Origin: Callorhinchus milii | Taxonomy: Eukaryota | Length of the DNA: 64,000 nucleotides | Assembly (NCBI RefSeq): GCF_018977255.1 | Contig: NW_024704742.1 | Location: forward strand, 69,690,001-69,754,000 | Direction of reading: 5' to 3' | Shown: positions 21,081 to 35,254 of the stretch, one piece after another | Layout of the letters: the number at the start of each line of letters is the position of its first letter | Position numbering within the stretch: position 1 is the stretch's first letter | Position numbers and translations under genes: made by a program | Notes under the pieces: model-generated | Seen by the model: only the letters and a program-made list of their open reading frames with translations | What the model was told of the DNA's origin: nothing | Databases searched by the model: none

Positions 21081-24000
21081 CATTCACAGAATGGAGAGGC
21101 TTGAATACACAGCAAACTAAAGGAGTTGCAGGGAATTAGTCAAATACTCCTCATTGAGTCAAAGTCCTGCCCAGTCTTTAATCCGATCAGAAATCTCACA
21201 ACTTTATTGAAACTTGAAGATGCAGCAGAAAAGACGGGAGCCAAGTCGCCTGATATTAGGGGTGAGTCTTATTTTTTGGTAAGCCGGGTGTCTGTCGCAC
21301 GCGGAAACCCGTCACCATGCTTAGGAATATCCAAACCAGATAAGAGTTCCACATGTCTCACCTACACATGGCAATTCCTGTGTATTGGGAAGGAATGCAC
21401 ACTCTCCTTGGAGAGACGCATCCTCCTTTCCTCTGGCCTCCGCCACCATGAATTGGCAAGTGGGGATCAGACAGAAATGCTACCGTTTCTTGTCATGCAC
21501 GAACATGGGTGGGAGATATTCAACAACAACTTGCATTTATATAGCGGTCTTCACACGGGGTAGGATTTTGGAGCGCTTATTCACATTGGCATCTCATGTG
21601 CTTGAGAAACTCAAGTTGCTGCCGCCAGTCTCTGGCAGTCTAGGGATCGTGCAGAAATAGTAGTGGAAGCTCCAACTATGACAGAGACTCATCCTTTGCA
21701 ACTCCGAAACCACAAAGTGAACGGGAGAGTGGTGGGGGTGGGGGGGAAAGAGGAAGGGGGCATTTAAAGGAGTGGTTAGCACACCATAAGGTCTTGGGGT
21801 TTGTGCACGTTTTGTTGATTTCAACTTTGCAGCCATCTGGCCAATGCCACAAGCTTTCTTTGTGTCATCTCCGCAGCCCTGCCTCCAATTTACTGACCCC
21901 CCACCCCCTCTCCCTCCTCCCCTTTAGAGTCACGATATGCTTGATTAAGCAGAATTGAGCAGCAGGAGCGAGCACTTGGCTGCTAATCACAGGCAGGAAG
22001 GCCCCTGGGCACTCAACACACGCTTCAGCTCTCAGCAGGAGGCAGCGTGAAGCGGGGCAGTTACCTCCCGATGCATTAGCACACACAAACAGAGACCACA
22101 AGCGCTGAGAATAAAAGCTCAATTACCCAAGACATTTGCAATGAGCTGCCTGAAGAATTGACACTATAAGCGCGATCGAAGCCATCAAGCCTAATAAACA
22201 ATTCATACACCGTGCTCTCAATCCCCCTGGTCCATGTAGACTGTTAATACTCTTACAAGCTGTGGTCTAAACTGCTACTGTGAACTCTGAGACTGAATGA
22301 ATGGCCTCCCTCCACGCTGTGTGACTGCACAATCACATCTTCCCTAACGTTTCAAGATTTGCCAGCAGTAAGCCCGGATTCATACTGCAGTCACTTGGCA
22401 CAGACCCTAGTTGGCTCAATGGGTAGCACTCGCGCCTCTGAGTTGGAAGGTTGTATGTTTGACCGTCACATCTGGACTTTGAGCTCATACAGCCAAGGCT
22501 GATGCTCCAGTGCAGTGCTGGGTTTTAATACGATCCCACTAACCATGCTATGAGACCACTGTGGATTCCCATTACATAGCGATTGGAGCACTTGCCTCGC
22601 AAGCAAGAGGACACAGGTCCGATTCCTGGGCAGGGCCTACATACACAGCCTCTACTTATTGACTCACCAACAAGTGCAAACATGCCATTAATGTCCATCT
22701 TACCAAATCCTTTCAGAACCTTAAAGCCTTTGATCAGGTGGTCTTGGGCAGATGGCTGGATTCCTATCTTTCAGGAGTAGAATTTCCCCAAACCACTTAC
22801 TGGCAGTAGAATTTGCTCAGTGTGAAATTAAACTCAGGATCTGAGTCACCTCTCTGCACAAGAACTTCAGCTTCTCAGATCTATAAGAGCCCTCACAATA
22901 CAATTTACATTTATACAGCACCGTTCATATTGGGAGAATATCTCCAATCCCTTTATGCAGTTGGTTGGGCACCTGAACTGCCGGGGGTGAAGAGAACTGA
23001 ATGTCTAATTTTATCTGGAAGATTGTTGTCCAGGATACCAGGAGAAATTCCCTTCTTTTCTAGTGCCATGGGATCATTAATGTCCAACTGGACAGGCACA
23101 AAAAAGGCCTCAATTTAACACCTCATCTGAAGGATGACACTTGACAATGCAGCATACCTCGAGCACTGCATTGGAGTTTCAGCACTGACAAAAACTGGAT
23201 TCCAAGTCCTGAGATGGGGTTTGAACCCAAAACCTTCTGACTCAGAGGCAAGCATGCTACCAATAAAACCAGGCTGACAGATAATGGGTTGAATGGCCAG
23301 CTTCTGTGCTGAGAACGTCTGAGTCTCTTAAATAATGCTCCAACGCAACTTACCGGATTGTCAAGAGAAACAGTGAGCTGCACACTGCCAAAGCATGTAA
23401 AATAATTCCAATGCTTTGCAGTGCCAATAACCCACAACACCAAAAGAGATATTCAGACAGTAACACATTATTCTGCCTGAAAGGTCTGTGCCACAGGTAC
23501 TTCACATCTCTGGGGATGTGTGGTCCAAACAGACAGGCACCGATAGTACTGATTTACAAGTGGAAATCTGTGTAGCCTCCTGTGGGATGTCCTCCCGATA
23601 TCAAAGGCGCTATACAAATGTCATTTTGTTGTTGTTGTACCTGATGCTATTTTTTATCCACTCAAGAGTGTTGGTGGATGGTTACAAATTGGTTTATGCA
23701 CAGCGAAGCCAACAGATCATTTTTGTAAATAATACAACAAAACAGAGACAACAGAGACTCCAACATTCAACCTAAACCAGATAATTCCAAACATCGAGTA
23801 AGGGAGCTAGGTTTACAGACAACAACAAATTACATTTGATTAGCAACTTTCACGTCGGGAGAACGCCCCAAAGCGCCGCACAGTCAAGCATTTGCACTCG
23901 AACTGGGATTTGGGTTCAGGAGGGTGGAGGGCAGGGAGGGTTGGGGTAGGAGGGTGAACAAAGGTGCAGTCGATGAGGAAGGTCTTGAGACATGCCTTGA

Positions 24001-24721
24001 AGGTGGCAAGGGAGGGGACGATGCAAAGGGACTGTGGGATAGAGTTCCAGAGGGTGTGGATAGGTCACAGAAGTAGGGAAGAGCGAAGCTGTGGAAGGCT
24101 TTGAAAGCAAGGACGACAACAACACAAATTGCATTTATACAGCGCCTTTCACATCAGGAGGACAGCGATTCAATTTTCCTTCTGGTAGAAGAATGCAAAA
24201 TAAAGAGCCAAGGTCAGAAACTATTTCTTCACACAGGGGTTGTGAAAACAGGCAGAAAACCATGGAGAATCAAATCTGATGTTTAATGACAGAGAAATGT
24301 TTGGAAAGGGGAAAAATACAGGAATAGGGATTAAAAGATCTGACACAATCTGATACAAGGTCTTGAGTGCAAAAAGTGGACAAAACATCTACATTTATGC
24401 AACACCTTTCTTGTCAGAAGGATGTCTCAAAGCGCTTTACACTGCTGACTAAGCATCTGAGACGGGGGAGGGGAGATGAATAGTGTAGTTCCGGGGAGTG
24501 GGGTAAGATTACTGAAAGTGTGGTCAGAGATAAGCCTTGAGGTGGGCTTTGAATGTAGGGAGGAAGGGGCTGAATCAGAGGGATTCAAGGATACAGTTGC
24601 AAACAGTGGGGACCGATAGTTCACCCAGCGATAGTGGGGCGGAGAGGACAGGGGACATGAGACAAGCTCCCCCACAACCCGACATAACAAGCAAAGACAT
24701 CAATCAGCAGGGTCTCCTTAC

Positions 24722-24829
24722 CTTGATGCTTCCTCCAATGAGATCTGGAGGTTCCTCTTCCGTCTCTAAGGCAACGTTGATGGCGGCAAAGGGGCGACTG
24801 GCCATCTGTTGCATCTCTCGTAAAAGTTG
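24722..24829 (-). CDS. ATRN: Attractin cytoplasmic exon carrying the MASRPF motif
   Basis: 108-bp phase 0-0 exon translating QLLREMQQMASRPFAAINVALETEEEPPDLIGGSIK. Acceptor tgtgtctttcag, donor AAG|gtaagg. Not present in the ORF track in this frame. EEPPDLIGGSIK is ATRN-type rather than ATRNL1-type. Confidence 0.97.
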
Positions 24830-26410
24830 CTGAAAGACACAGAGAGGGCCAAGGTGAGGGAAGGCCTGTAACAGTTTCTTTCAGATGAATTGTGCTGGTC
24901 TGCTGATAACATGACAGGGTTATTTACTGAGGTAGACACATTAGTGGCTAACATGCAAGCCTCGTTTTAAAAAATAAACCATCTCTGACCATGTTTGTGG
25001 TCAACACACTCATCATTCTCTTCATGACTTTCATGCGTTTAACCTGCTTGAGTGTGAAGATAGATTAAATGGGATTGAGAAAGTAAACCCAGAAAAACGC
25101 TTTAGGATGGACCAAGACAAAGAGGACAAAGGGCAATTTCAGGGCAAACGCCAGGAAAGTTTTATTTATTCAGAGGGTAATGAACGAACAGGTTCCTTAA
25201 TCACATTTAAAAAGCAGCTTGATGCTGTGATGGGAGGATGATAGGGCAGGTGTTCTGGAAGGATGAGATGGAATGGGCTGAAGGGTCTTCTTCATCAATA
25301 CCAATTCTGGGCTGTAGGTGCTGGCTGCTTCTGTTCAATTAAAACACCATTTTCAATAAAAAATGGAGTAAAATGTGCAGTGTTCCATGTGATAATCACC
25401 ATCACCAAATACCGCACGGTCACAATTTAGTCCCAATGCTTGGAAATCACTTGGGGAAAAAAAAACACAATAATAAATTGGTCACTTCATGACTGTTTGA
25501 GGGACACTGCTGTGCACAATTGGCTGCCGCGTTTTGCCCACAAATATACAGTCAATTCACTTTACAGTATATTCTGTGAAGCGCTTTGAGACGTCTCAAA
25601 GACATGAAAAGCGCTATATCAAATGCAAGGATTATTATTTTATCATCACCAGTTTCAGTCATAGCCCAGCCTCTCACTTGTGTGTTGCTCTGTCCTGGTT
25701 TACATAAAACACACACAAATAATATTACATTATTACCTCTGACAGTGTAGCACACCCAGCACTGCAGTGACTGTGTGAGTTCCAAGCAAGGTGAGGGCTT
25801 GAACCGACAACCGTCTGAAGAGGTGAGAGTGCTACCGACTGAGCCGGGCTGACCCACAACGGTCATGCTCATAGATTCCTCGTCAGAAGCTGTACCGATC
25901 ACAGAGATCAGCTTTTTGAGTGAGGATAAAGCTGAGCTCATTCAGGATATGGTATAAAGAAGTTCTCAAACGCTACCTCCGTGCCTTAAAATCAAACTCG
26001 TAGCAGGCAGGGGAAAATCCAACAGTGGTGGGGTTTTTAATAAATTCAATATGTACTGCATAACACCAACGCAAAGCAGTAATCCAAAGCATGGGAATCA
26101 GGAATTACTGATGCCAGTACTACATAAGAAACGGACTAAAAATTTGTGTCATTAATCACACTTAAAACTCTGTTATTACAGAGGGAAATTCATCCATTTT
26201 ACAAACACTCTGGGATAGTTTGGAACTTCAATATATCCCACATGGTGATAATAAATAATAACTCTGGCAATTGGTATTGATATCAGGACAGCTTCACAGG
26301 ATATACAGGAGGTGAACGACCAATTTTATCTAGGAGGATTGTTGGTCAGGACACTAGGAGAAACTCTCTTTTCGTTTTGAGTACCTCCAATGACATTTTA
26401 GTCCACCTGT

Positions 26411-27631
26411 AACCAGGGCTCCCTCTGCCTCCTCGTCCTCCTTAACCTCTCTGCTGCTTTTGATGCCGTTGACCACTCTATCCTCATCCACCACCTCTTT
26501 TCTCACCTCAATCTTCATGGTTCTGTCCTTGACTTGATCAGATCCTACCTCTCACGCCATCTCCACTTCATCTCCACAAATGGTTTCTCTTCTAGCCCCC
26601 GCACTGTCTTGTGCAGCGTTCCTCAGGGCTCTGTCCTCGGTCCCCTCCTCTTCAATATCTATATGCTCCCTCTTGGTGACATCATCCGCAGACATGGGGT
26701 CAACTTCCACATGTTTGCGGATGACACCCAACTCTACCTCTCACCTCCACCCTTGACTCTAAGACCACTTCTGTCCTTACAGAGTGTCTGTCAGACATCG
26801 TCTGATAAGACTCGATGAAAGTTAACTTTCTCCAGCTGAACATCAACAAGATCAAGGCTCCGCTGATTGGCTCCCATCAGCGCCTCCACACCTCAGGCGC
26901 TGACACACTCCACCTCACTGAGCCAGTCCGGAACCTTGGCCTCTTGTTTGACTCTCAACTATCCTTACTACCCTACATCCGTGCCATGACCCGCTCTGCC
27001 TTCCCCCACCTCCGCAACATCGCCCGGCTCCACCACTGCCTCACACCGCAGGCCGCCGAAACCCTCATACATGCATTCGTAACATCGAGGCTTGACTACG
27101 CAAACTCCTTGCTTGTCGGCCTCCCCAATTCCTCCCTCCATAGGTTGCAGATCATCTGGAACCCATGTCCTCTCCTACACCAGGCTCCGTGACCCTATCA
27201 GCCTCATCCTCATCCGACTCCACTGGCTTCCCATCACTCAGAGGATACAGTTCAAGATCCTGGTCCTCACTTTCAAAGCCCTCCATGGCCTTACTCTCAC
27301 CTGCCTCTGCGATCTTCTAACCCCTTACCATTCTGCTCGCTCCCTCCACTCAGCAGGCTCTGGCCTGTTTCACGTCCCTCGCCTCGCTCGCCCCATATTG
27401 GTGGGTGAGGCAGCGACCATTAGCCACTCTGCCCCCAACCAGCCTCCTTCAAGACCCATCTCAAGACCCTCCTCTTCAACCGTGCCCTCGGTTACCCCCT
27501 TCCCCCCCCCCCCGCCATCCACCCTCCCCAATCCCGACCCCCAGCTCGGGTCCGAAATACTGATTGTCCCGTGCCTTGGGATGTCATCCCGACATGAAAG
27601 GAGCTATACAAATGTAATTTTGTTGTTGTTG
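26411..27631 (+). mobile_element. 5'-truncated, decayed L2-clade LINE (RT domain, C-terminal region and 3' tail)
   Basis: Motifs VPQGSVLGPLLFNIYM, FADDTQLY, FLQLNINK, IHAFVTSRLDYANSLL and LHWLPITQRIQFKILVLTFKALHG are spread over frameshifted ORFs. Ends in the 3' hairpin and a (TTG)n tail. Flanked on both sides by pieces of a minus-strand Deu-type SINE. Confidence 0.93.
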
Positions 27632-29184
27632 CCACAGGATCTTTAATATCCACCTGAACAGGCAAACGGGACCTCAGTTTAACATATCATCTGAACAATG
27701 ACATTTCCAACAATGCTACACCACTCTACCCTCAGCACTGCAACGAGAGCCTAGACTCGGTGAGTTCAAAATCCTGATGTGGGGCTTCAACCCACAATCT
27801 TCTGACTCGGAGGTGAGAGTGCTACTAACTGAACCAGGCTGACACCGTATTGCTAGACTGCCGATCAGGAAGGTCTAGTGACAAGGAACTGTCCTGGGTC
27901 ACCTCACCTCCATAGCTGAAATATCTGCTCAGATATAAAGAAAAGCATGGATAATTTGCTCTGAGAGAGCAAATAGTAGCTCAGTGTCACCATATTTTAT
28001 CTTAACAGCTGGTTCTCTGACAATAAGCCCATCAGGGAGAAGCATTTCAGAGTGGCTTTATTAGGGAATAATTACACAAAAGCAGTGAGAAGCAATCTGC
28101 TTATCGCACACACTTTAGTGCGGGAAGCCTCCCTCCTATTTCCCTCCCCCAATAGAAAGAGCGAGTGCGGCCACATAGTCTGAGCACTCAGCTTACGAAG
28201 AGGGAAAGCACCACAAGGGGATCGTGTCTGAAAGGTCAGACGTCATGCTCAATAATTCAGCTGGAGCACCTATTACACAGAGGCAGGCGTGTCACTCCGT
28301 CTCTGCAGGTTACTTCCTGGCATTCGCAGCTCAAGCATGCCACACATGGCTGGTACGTGCCAAGGCTAATGAACATGTGAATGGGTGAAGAGAACAAGGA
28401 AGGCTTGCATTCACCTTCCCGCAGTGTCAGCCAGCACACAGCGCTGTGCAAGTCTGAGCAAAATGCCTCCAGGGCAGCCAGGTACTGAACCTCTTGCAGC
28501 GTATCAGCATACATGCGTGTACGTGATAAATTGGTACATTATAGTACATTCTGTTCCTGGAGATGTTCCAATTGGGTGTGTGCCATATGTGCTATGTGTG
28601 TGATCTTTCTGCAACTCAGGACATCCTCTCGACGTGACACGTGCTATACAAATGTAATTTGTTGTTGAAATTTGTTGCGTTTATATATGTGTGTGTGTTT
28701 GGGGAGGGAGGAGGGGAGAGTTAGCACTGCTAGGCAAACAGAGGCAGATAGAGTAAGGTCTTGCCTGCCTAGGAATCAAACCCAGGTTACGAGGTGAGTG
28801 CTATGACCACTATGTTACAGGCTAGGGTGGAGGTGAGGCAGAGGGATTGAGGCAGGGAGCATGTCAGCATCCACAGCTTTCTGAGCAGTGTATCACAACC
28901 CTTTGGGTGAAGAAGTGTCTTCAGATCCCCCTGAAATTAAAGCATGGGAGATGGCCCTTCAGCCCATCGAGCCTCAGCTGGTTCATGAGTGTTTATTACA
29001 GCTTGAGGAGCACTGATAACTGCCATATTTGCTATCTGATGGCTGGAAGGTCCCAGATTCAATAGTTGGCATTTAGTTTATTTTGGTCAAGAGAGGAGTA
29101 AGGAAAGAATACAAAATGTTACAGCACAGAAATCATCCTGTCAACCCATTAAGTCTAAGATGGTGTTTTCTTTTCCTCCACATG

Positions 29185-29448
29185 GTAACAGAACCAGAGG
29201 GGAGATTAGGAGAATTTGTTTATGCAACAAGTTATTTTGATCTAGAAAGCACTACTTAAAGGGTGGTGGAGCAGATTCAATAATAACTTTCAAAAGGGAA
29301 TTGAATATATATCTGAAGAGAAAAAATGGCAAGGTTATCGAGCAATTGCGAGGGAGTGGGACAAGTTGCTAGCTCTTTCAAAGAGCTGGCCCAGGCACGA
29401 TGAGCCAAATGGCCCCCTTCTGCGCTTTAAGATTGTATGATTCTATAA
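29185..29448 (+). mobile_element. CR1-type 3' fragment
   Basis: ggcacgatgagccaaatggcccccttctgcgctttaagattgtatgattctat end. Other CR1-like remnants at about 20380-20620, 25060-25300, 32470-32600 (-), 35040-35235 and 63190-63380. Confidence 0.65.
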
Positions 29449-32400
29449 TCCAATGCCACTATCCTGGTTGCTCCCCATACCCTCCATTACAGGTCATCCC
29501 ATACTCTAACATGCCACTAGGTTTTGTTATAACCATGTATAATTTCCGAATCCCGGCACTGACGATCTGGCTATCTATGCATCCAGTCAGACATTCAGTC
29601 TGGGTCAGTTAGTAGCATTCTTGCCTCTAAGTTAGAAGGTTAAGGCTTCAAGCCTAACATTGGGGCTTTGAAACCTCACTCGAGGCTGACATTGCAATCC
29701 AGTGCTGTGGGTTCACTGCACTGTCGGAGATGCTATCCTTTGGATTCAACATTAAATCATCCTCTTATATGTGCCTGTTCAGGTGTAAGTTAAAGATACC
29801 ACAGCACTTCATAGGATTTTACTGTCAAGTTCAGTTAGTAACTGTGTGTTCAGGGGCAAACCTAGCAGCCAATTTACATAGGAAATGTGCCACAAACATC
29901 CATGAAGTGAATAATCCATTTTATCTAGTGTACTGTCTGCTACATTGGAAGAAACTATCTTTTCAAACAGTGACATGAGCTTTATAACATCCAAACGGGC
30001 AGGTTGGGACATTAAATTAACAACATAACCTGCATTCATATACCGCCCTTCACGTGGGAGAGCATCGCATCTGAAGGAATGCACCTCCGACACACACTGT
30101 ATTAGTGTCAGCCTAGACTGTGAGTTCAAAGTCCACACATAGGGCCTGACTCAACCTTCTGACTCAGAGGCAAAAAAGCTCCCAACTGAGCTAGGCTGAC
30201 ATCAGCCTTGAAAAAGGCAGAAATCCATTACAATGCAAAACAGTCTCCGAACCAAAACACAATGCTGAAACTAAAGAATAAGAGGACCAATTATACGGTT
30301 CCAATTGTCTGGTGTGGAGGAGGCACTCCTCCCCCAGAGAGACGTAACCCTCTCATCTAACCCCAGGAACAGGTTGGCAAGCGCCAAGGCTTGGGGTGCC
30401 ACTAGACTGTGGATGGGGTTACTCCTGGAGTTTAGCTATATAAATCTGGCCCAATATACAGGGTGTTCACAAAGCCATCTTAACCCCCGTTACAAAACAG
30501 TGACATGAGACTATGGAGGAGCTGACACAAGCTGTCTAAGAAGCATTTCTCCTCCTCACTCCATCGTGTTACAGAAGATGTTGCATGGAACATAGTGTTG
30601 GATCATTATCTGCCTGAAAATGATGGTCCTCATTCACACCGACCTTCTGGACGTCTAAATACAGTTAAACACTTGTACTGAATACAATGAAGTGCTTCTA
30701 AATACAATAATCATTATTCTGTCACATCTTTCAGTCGTTGGTCAGTGCACTGCAGAAAATAAACATGGGGGTAACAGGACTTTGTGGGCATCCTGCATGA
30801 GTCCACGTGTTGCAGCCCCCCCCACCCCAACCCAGTGATAATCAGGTTAATAAATATTTAATTTGCAATAAACTTATGGAGGCAATTAACAGGCTGGAGC
30901 AGATGCACTGGGACATAGCTGATCCCTCACTCACATGGAAAGCAGCAGGAGCCAGGTGGGGCGGATTGTAAAAATGGATGGAGTTGTTAATGCTTTGCAG
31001 TGGGGGGTCACAGAGGAGGTCGGCAGTACAACATCCAGGGGTGAAGAATGGAAATCAAAATACAAAGTCATTTTGCAACTTCGAAACACTGTTCCCCTGC
31101 TCACACTATGGGTCTCCCCCTCACACTGAGGGTGGACGAAAGCAATGACAACTTGTATTTATAGGTGGGGGTGATCGGCTCATGGAGTTTAGTGCGGGAG
31201 CAGAAGGGACGAGGGACATGCAGAAAGTACAGTTAAAGAGGTAGATCTTCAGGAGGGAAATGAAAGATAAGGAAGAGAGCTAAGTGGCTGGATGTGTCCG
31301 CCGATGGTGAACAGTGTGGAAGTGGACATGAAGCAGGCCGGAAATAGTGCAGGGACCATGGGATTGGGGGGTGAGGAGATCGCAGAGATAGTGTGATGCA
31401 AAGTCCCTTGAAAATGAGGACAGGATCTTTATAACAACAATCTTTGCATTTGCTATGTCTTTCACATCTTTGGGATGTCTCACAGTGCTTCATGGGGTTT
31501 ATTGCAAAGTGTAGTGTGCATTTATAGTCAGATGCAGCATTACTGACGATTTCTACAGAGCAATGTCCCCTCACCCTCCTACAACTCCCCTCCCCTGCCC
31601 TCCACTCCTCCTGATCCCAACTCCCTGCTCGGGACAAATCCCCGAATGTCCAGCGCTTTGGGATGTCCTCCAGATGTGAAAGGCATCTTACAGATGGCGC
31701 TTCTGACAATGCATTGCTCCCCCAGCACTGAAAAGGAGCGTCAGCCTAGACTGTGAGCTCTGACAATGTCCTGACACGGAGCTTGAACCAACAACCTTTT
31801 GACTCAAGAGATGAGAATGCTACCAACCGAGGCAGGCTGACACCGAATTCCTTAAAGAGAAAGCGGGAAAAAAAGTTTTGTTTTCAGTCCATCATCCTGC
31901 TGTCCAGTGGCTCTCAGAAAGAGAAGATCAGACTGGTTTGTTGAGCAGAGCATTTCTTGTGCTGACCTTTAGCATTTCATAGGGAGTTAAAAGCCTGTTT
32001 GCAAGTGCTGCTTACCATGCACTCAAGAGCAGCTATTAACTGCTTCAGAAGAATTGTCACCATTTCACTGGCAGGTGTCAGAGAAGCTCAGAGAGATGGA
32101 GAGTTAACGATTGCGTACTTCTATTTCTGCCGGTGCAAGATTGTCATTAACGCACAAAAAAGAGGTTGAATTGCTGGTGATTACCAATTTTTTTAGCTCC
32201 TAAAAGCCACTCACACATTTAAATGTCTTTTTGTGCTTTGGAATATTGTCAACAAGCAGTGTGACACTGGATGTCGAAAGACAGCTCCGCAACCATCATT
32301 GCAAAACACTTAATAACTGCTATCAGCATGTTGAAAACATTTGCTTTGCAAATTGTTTTGACTGTGTAGATTAATACCTTGCTTGTCCTGAGAACTAAAA

Positions 32401-33934
32401 GGAGTGGCGGTGGTGTGTGGGGGGTTATACTCCACACAGCCTCCACCCCTTTTATTGTCTTCTCTCAGTATCCATAGGTTTTCTCTTATATACATTGATG
32501 CTTTCTGCCTCGGCCACCACAGCTTCTGGCAGTCAGTTCCACATTCTCACCACCCTCTACATGAAAAAGTTCCTCCTAAAAGTTCCTCCCTACTGTGATA
32601 GTTTTAAACTTCACAAGTAATCCTGTGAAGCACTTTGAGATGTTTTGAAGATATAAGGAGCAATATAAAATTTAAAGAATATCAATAACACCCCCCCACC
32701 CCACCAAGGAATATAACAGGAAAAAGTGCAAGGAACTAGGACTAGGGAATATTTGCAACATTCCTTGCACTAATTATGAAACGTCGTTATGTTTTCTCCA
32801 AACACCATTGTTCAGCTTCAGTATATCACTGTGTATATTTCGCCCACAAATATACAGTCAATCCACTTCACAATATATTCTGTGAAGTGCTTTGAGACAT
32901 CTCAAATACAAGGATTATTATTATATAAATAAAATACATCAGTCTACCAGAAGTAGGGTCCTTTCTGGCTGATTTTCTGCATATAGCCAGCAAAAGTCAG
33001 CATGACTTAAGTTAGCTTTTTGCTATTGTAAAATGTTATTTATTGTTTGTGAATTTTTGTGTGTATTTTGTTGGTGAAACACGGCAACCAATTTGCACAC
33101 AGCAATGTCCCACAAATAGCAATAGAGTAAAAAAACAATTTTATTTGAGGGATTGTTGGCCAGGCCACCAGGAGAAACTCCCTTCTCTTTTTGAAGAGTG
33201 CCAACAGGATCTTTAATATCCATCTGGACAGGCAGATGGGAACTTAAGTTTAATGTCTCATCCGAAGGACAGCATCTCCAACAATGTAGTGCACCCCTAT
33301 ATAATTCAACTACTATTCAGATTTAGCTTCCAGCTGAGGCGAGTGGTTTTAAGCAGAATTTCCAATTTCTCATTTAACGTTAACATTTCACGAAACAGTA
33401 TTTCGTTTTAAAAATAAGTTAAATTAAAGATAACAGAACCTTCAATCCTCATTTTAAAGCATGATTTAGTTCACTCAAACATGCATAAAAGTCATCATAA
33501 ATTACAGTCCATTGCTGCAATTTCAAACCACAATATATACACCTTCTTGTGCAAACAGAATAAATACATGTAAACCCTTCCCTTTAAATCGGCAGGGAAA
33601 TAGTAATAAGAATTAAACTATCATCCCTCTGGCTGTCAGGAAGAGTTTTGAGTTCTGAGTCTTTTCTCTCTCTCTCTTTCCCCCCACTCCTCCATGTCAG
33701 ACTGTCAGATAGGAGGGAAGATTAGTTGAAATGCTTCTGGTGAAATTAACCAAGGCTGTTTCGATTGTGAGGAGGTGCACTATGAATAAAAGATGAATTG
33801 TTACAACTTTGTTGCATTGCCAAAAGCTGGGTTCTAGTGTCAGACCTACAGGGATTTTGAGCTCAGTGTAGACTGACACTCCAGTACATTGCTGGAGGAG
33901 CTCTGTATTCCTTTAGATAAGATAATGAAGATGT

Positions 33935-34293
33935 TAATAATAATGCAATTTATATTGTGTCTTATATTGTTGCAACGTCTCAAATTGCTTTACAGAATTT
34001 ACTGTGAAGTGAATCGATTGCATATTTTATAGGCGAAACGCTACAGCCAATTGTGCACAGTGGTGTCCCACAAACAGTCGTGGATTGAGTGACCAAATTA
34101 TTTGTTTTTTTTGCGGGCTTATTACCCCTGAAAGCAATCCACCAATCCACTAACAACCGGGTTCCTACTTACTGCTAGGTAAACGGGCGTGTGGAATAAG
34201 GAAACTTGTGTGAGGTTTTGCCCTACAGGGGAATCGAACCTGGATCCTCTCACTTGTGAGGTGAACACGATAACCACTACACTACACGGCTCC
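33935..34293 (-). mobile_element. SINE family A, near full length
   Basis: Same head (B box GGTTCGATTCCC on the minus strand), body and tail. Confidence 0.88.
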
Positions 34294-35254
34294 ATTAAAT
34301 GTTAAACCAAGGCCGCATCAGCCTGTTTAGATGGGTGCTAAAGATACCATGGTTGTGGTCGATGATCCCCCAGATAAAACTAGTCTTCACTTCATGGGGC
34401 TGTTGGTGGGGAGGGATCTGACTGTCAGGATCAGGATCATGAGGTTCATTTGCTGAAAGAGCCTGGCAAGGATGGAGGTAATGGATATAATACAAGCGCA
34501 GCCACCGATGATGGAATGGAGGGGATGAGAGACAAACAGGAGGCCAGAGCCAGCTGAGCGGAGGTAGCGGGTACTATGGTGGGGAGAAAGCAGGTCAGAA
34601 AGGTAGGGAGGTGCCAGGGCATGAAGTGATTTGTAGGGATAATAATAGCCTTTCATGTTTGGAGGATGTTCCAAAGCACTTCACAGGATTTGTTATGAAG
34701 TGGAGTGACTGTATTTTGTAGCCTTTGCATCTTTGACTATATGTGACTTGAGGTCTTGACATGTGGCTTGAACCTGCAAACATCTGACTGAGAGGTGAGA
34801 GGATGTATACAGCCTAGTACATACCTGTAGGCGAAGAGAGATTTGGGCAAGTTTTAAAGGTGAGATGAATTGAGGTGACATGGATTAGGGTTTCAGCTCC
34901 AGAGGGGAAAGAGACGTGGACATAACCAGTCAATGTTACAAACAAAACTCTAACATTCATTACTTTTCTGTCCTCACATATCCAGCAAAGTGGAAGCCTT
35001 TTCTCTAGATAACACCAGAATGTGTAGCTACTGCACTGGAATGATAGCAGGGTTAAGAGGTACTGTACGTGGAGAAAGTTTATGATTATCACTCGAGCAC
35101 AGGATAAGGGAGCGATGGAAAAGGAGGTTTACAAAATGATGAATGTTTCTGCTAGGGTAAACAAAGAAAACCATTTGTACTGATCACCCAGTCGGGAAAT
35201 TGAAGATTAGCACCAAAAGGAAAAGGAGATCTGAGTAAATTACAATACAATTGT

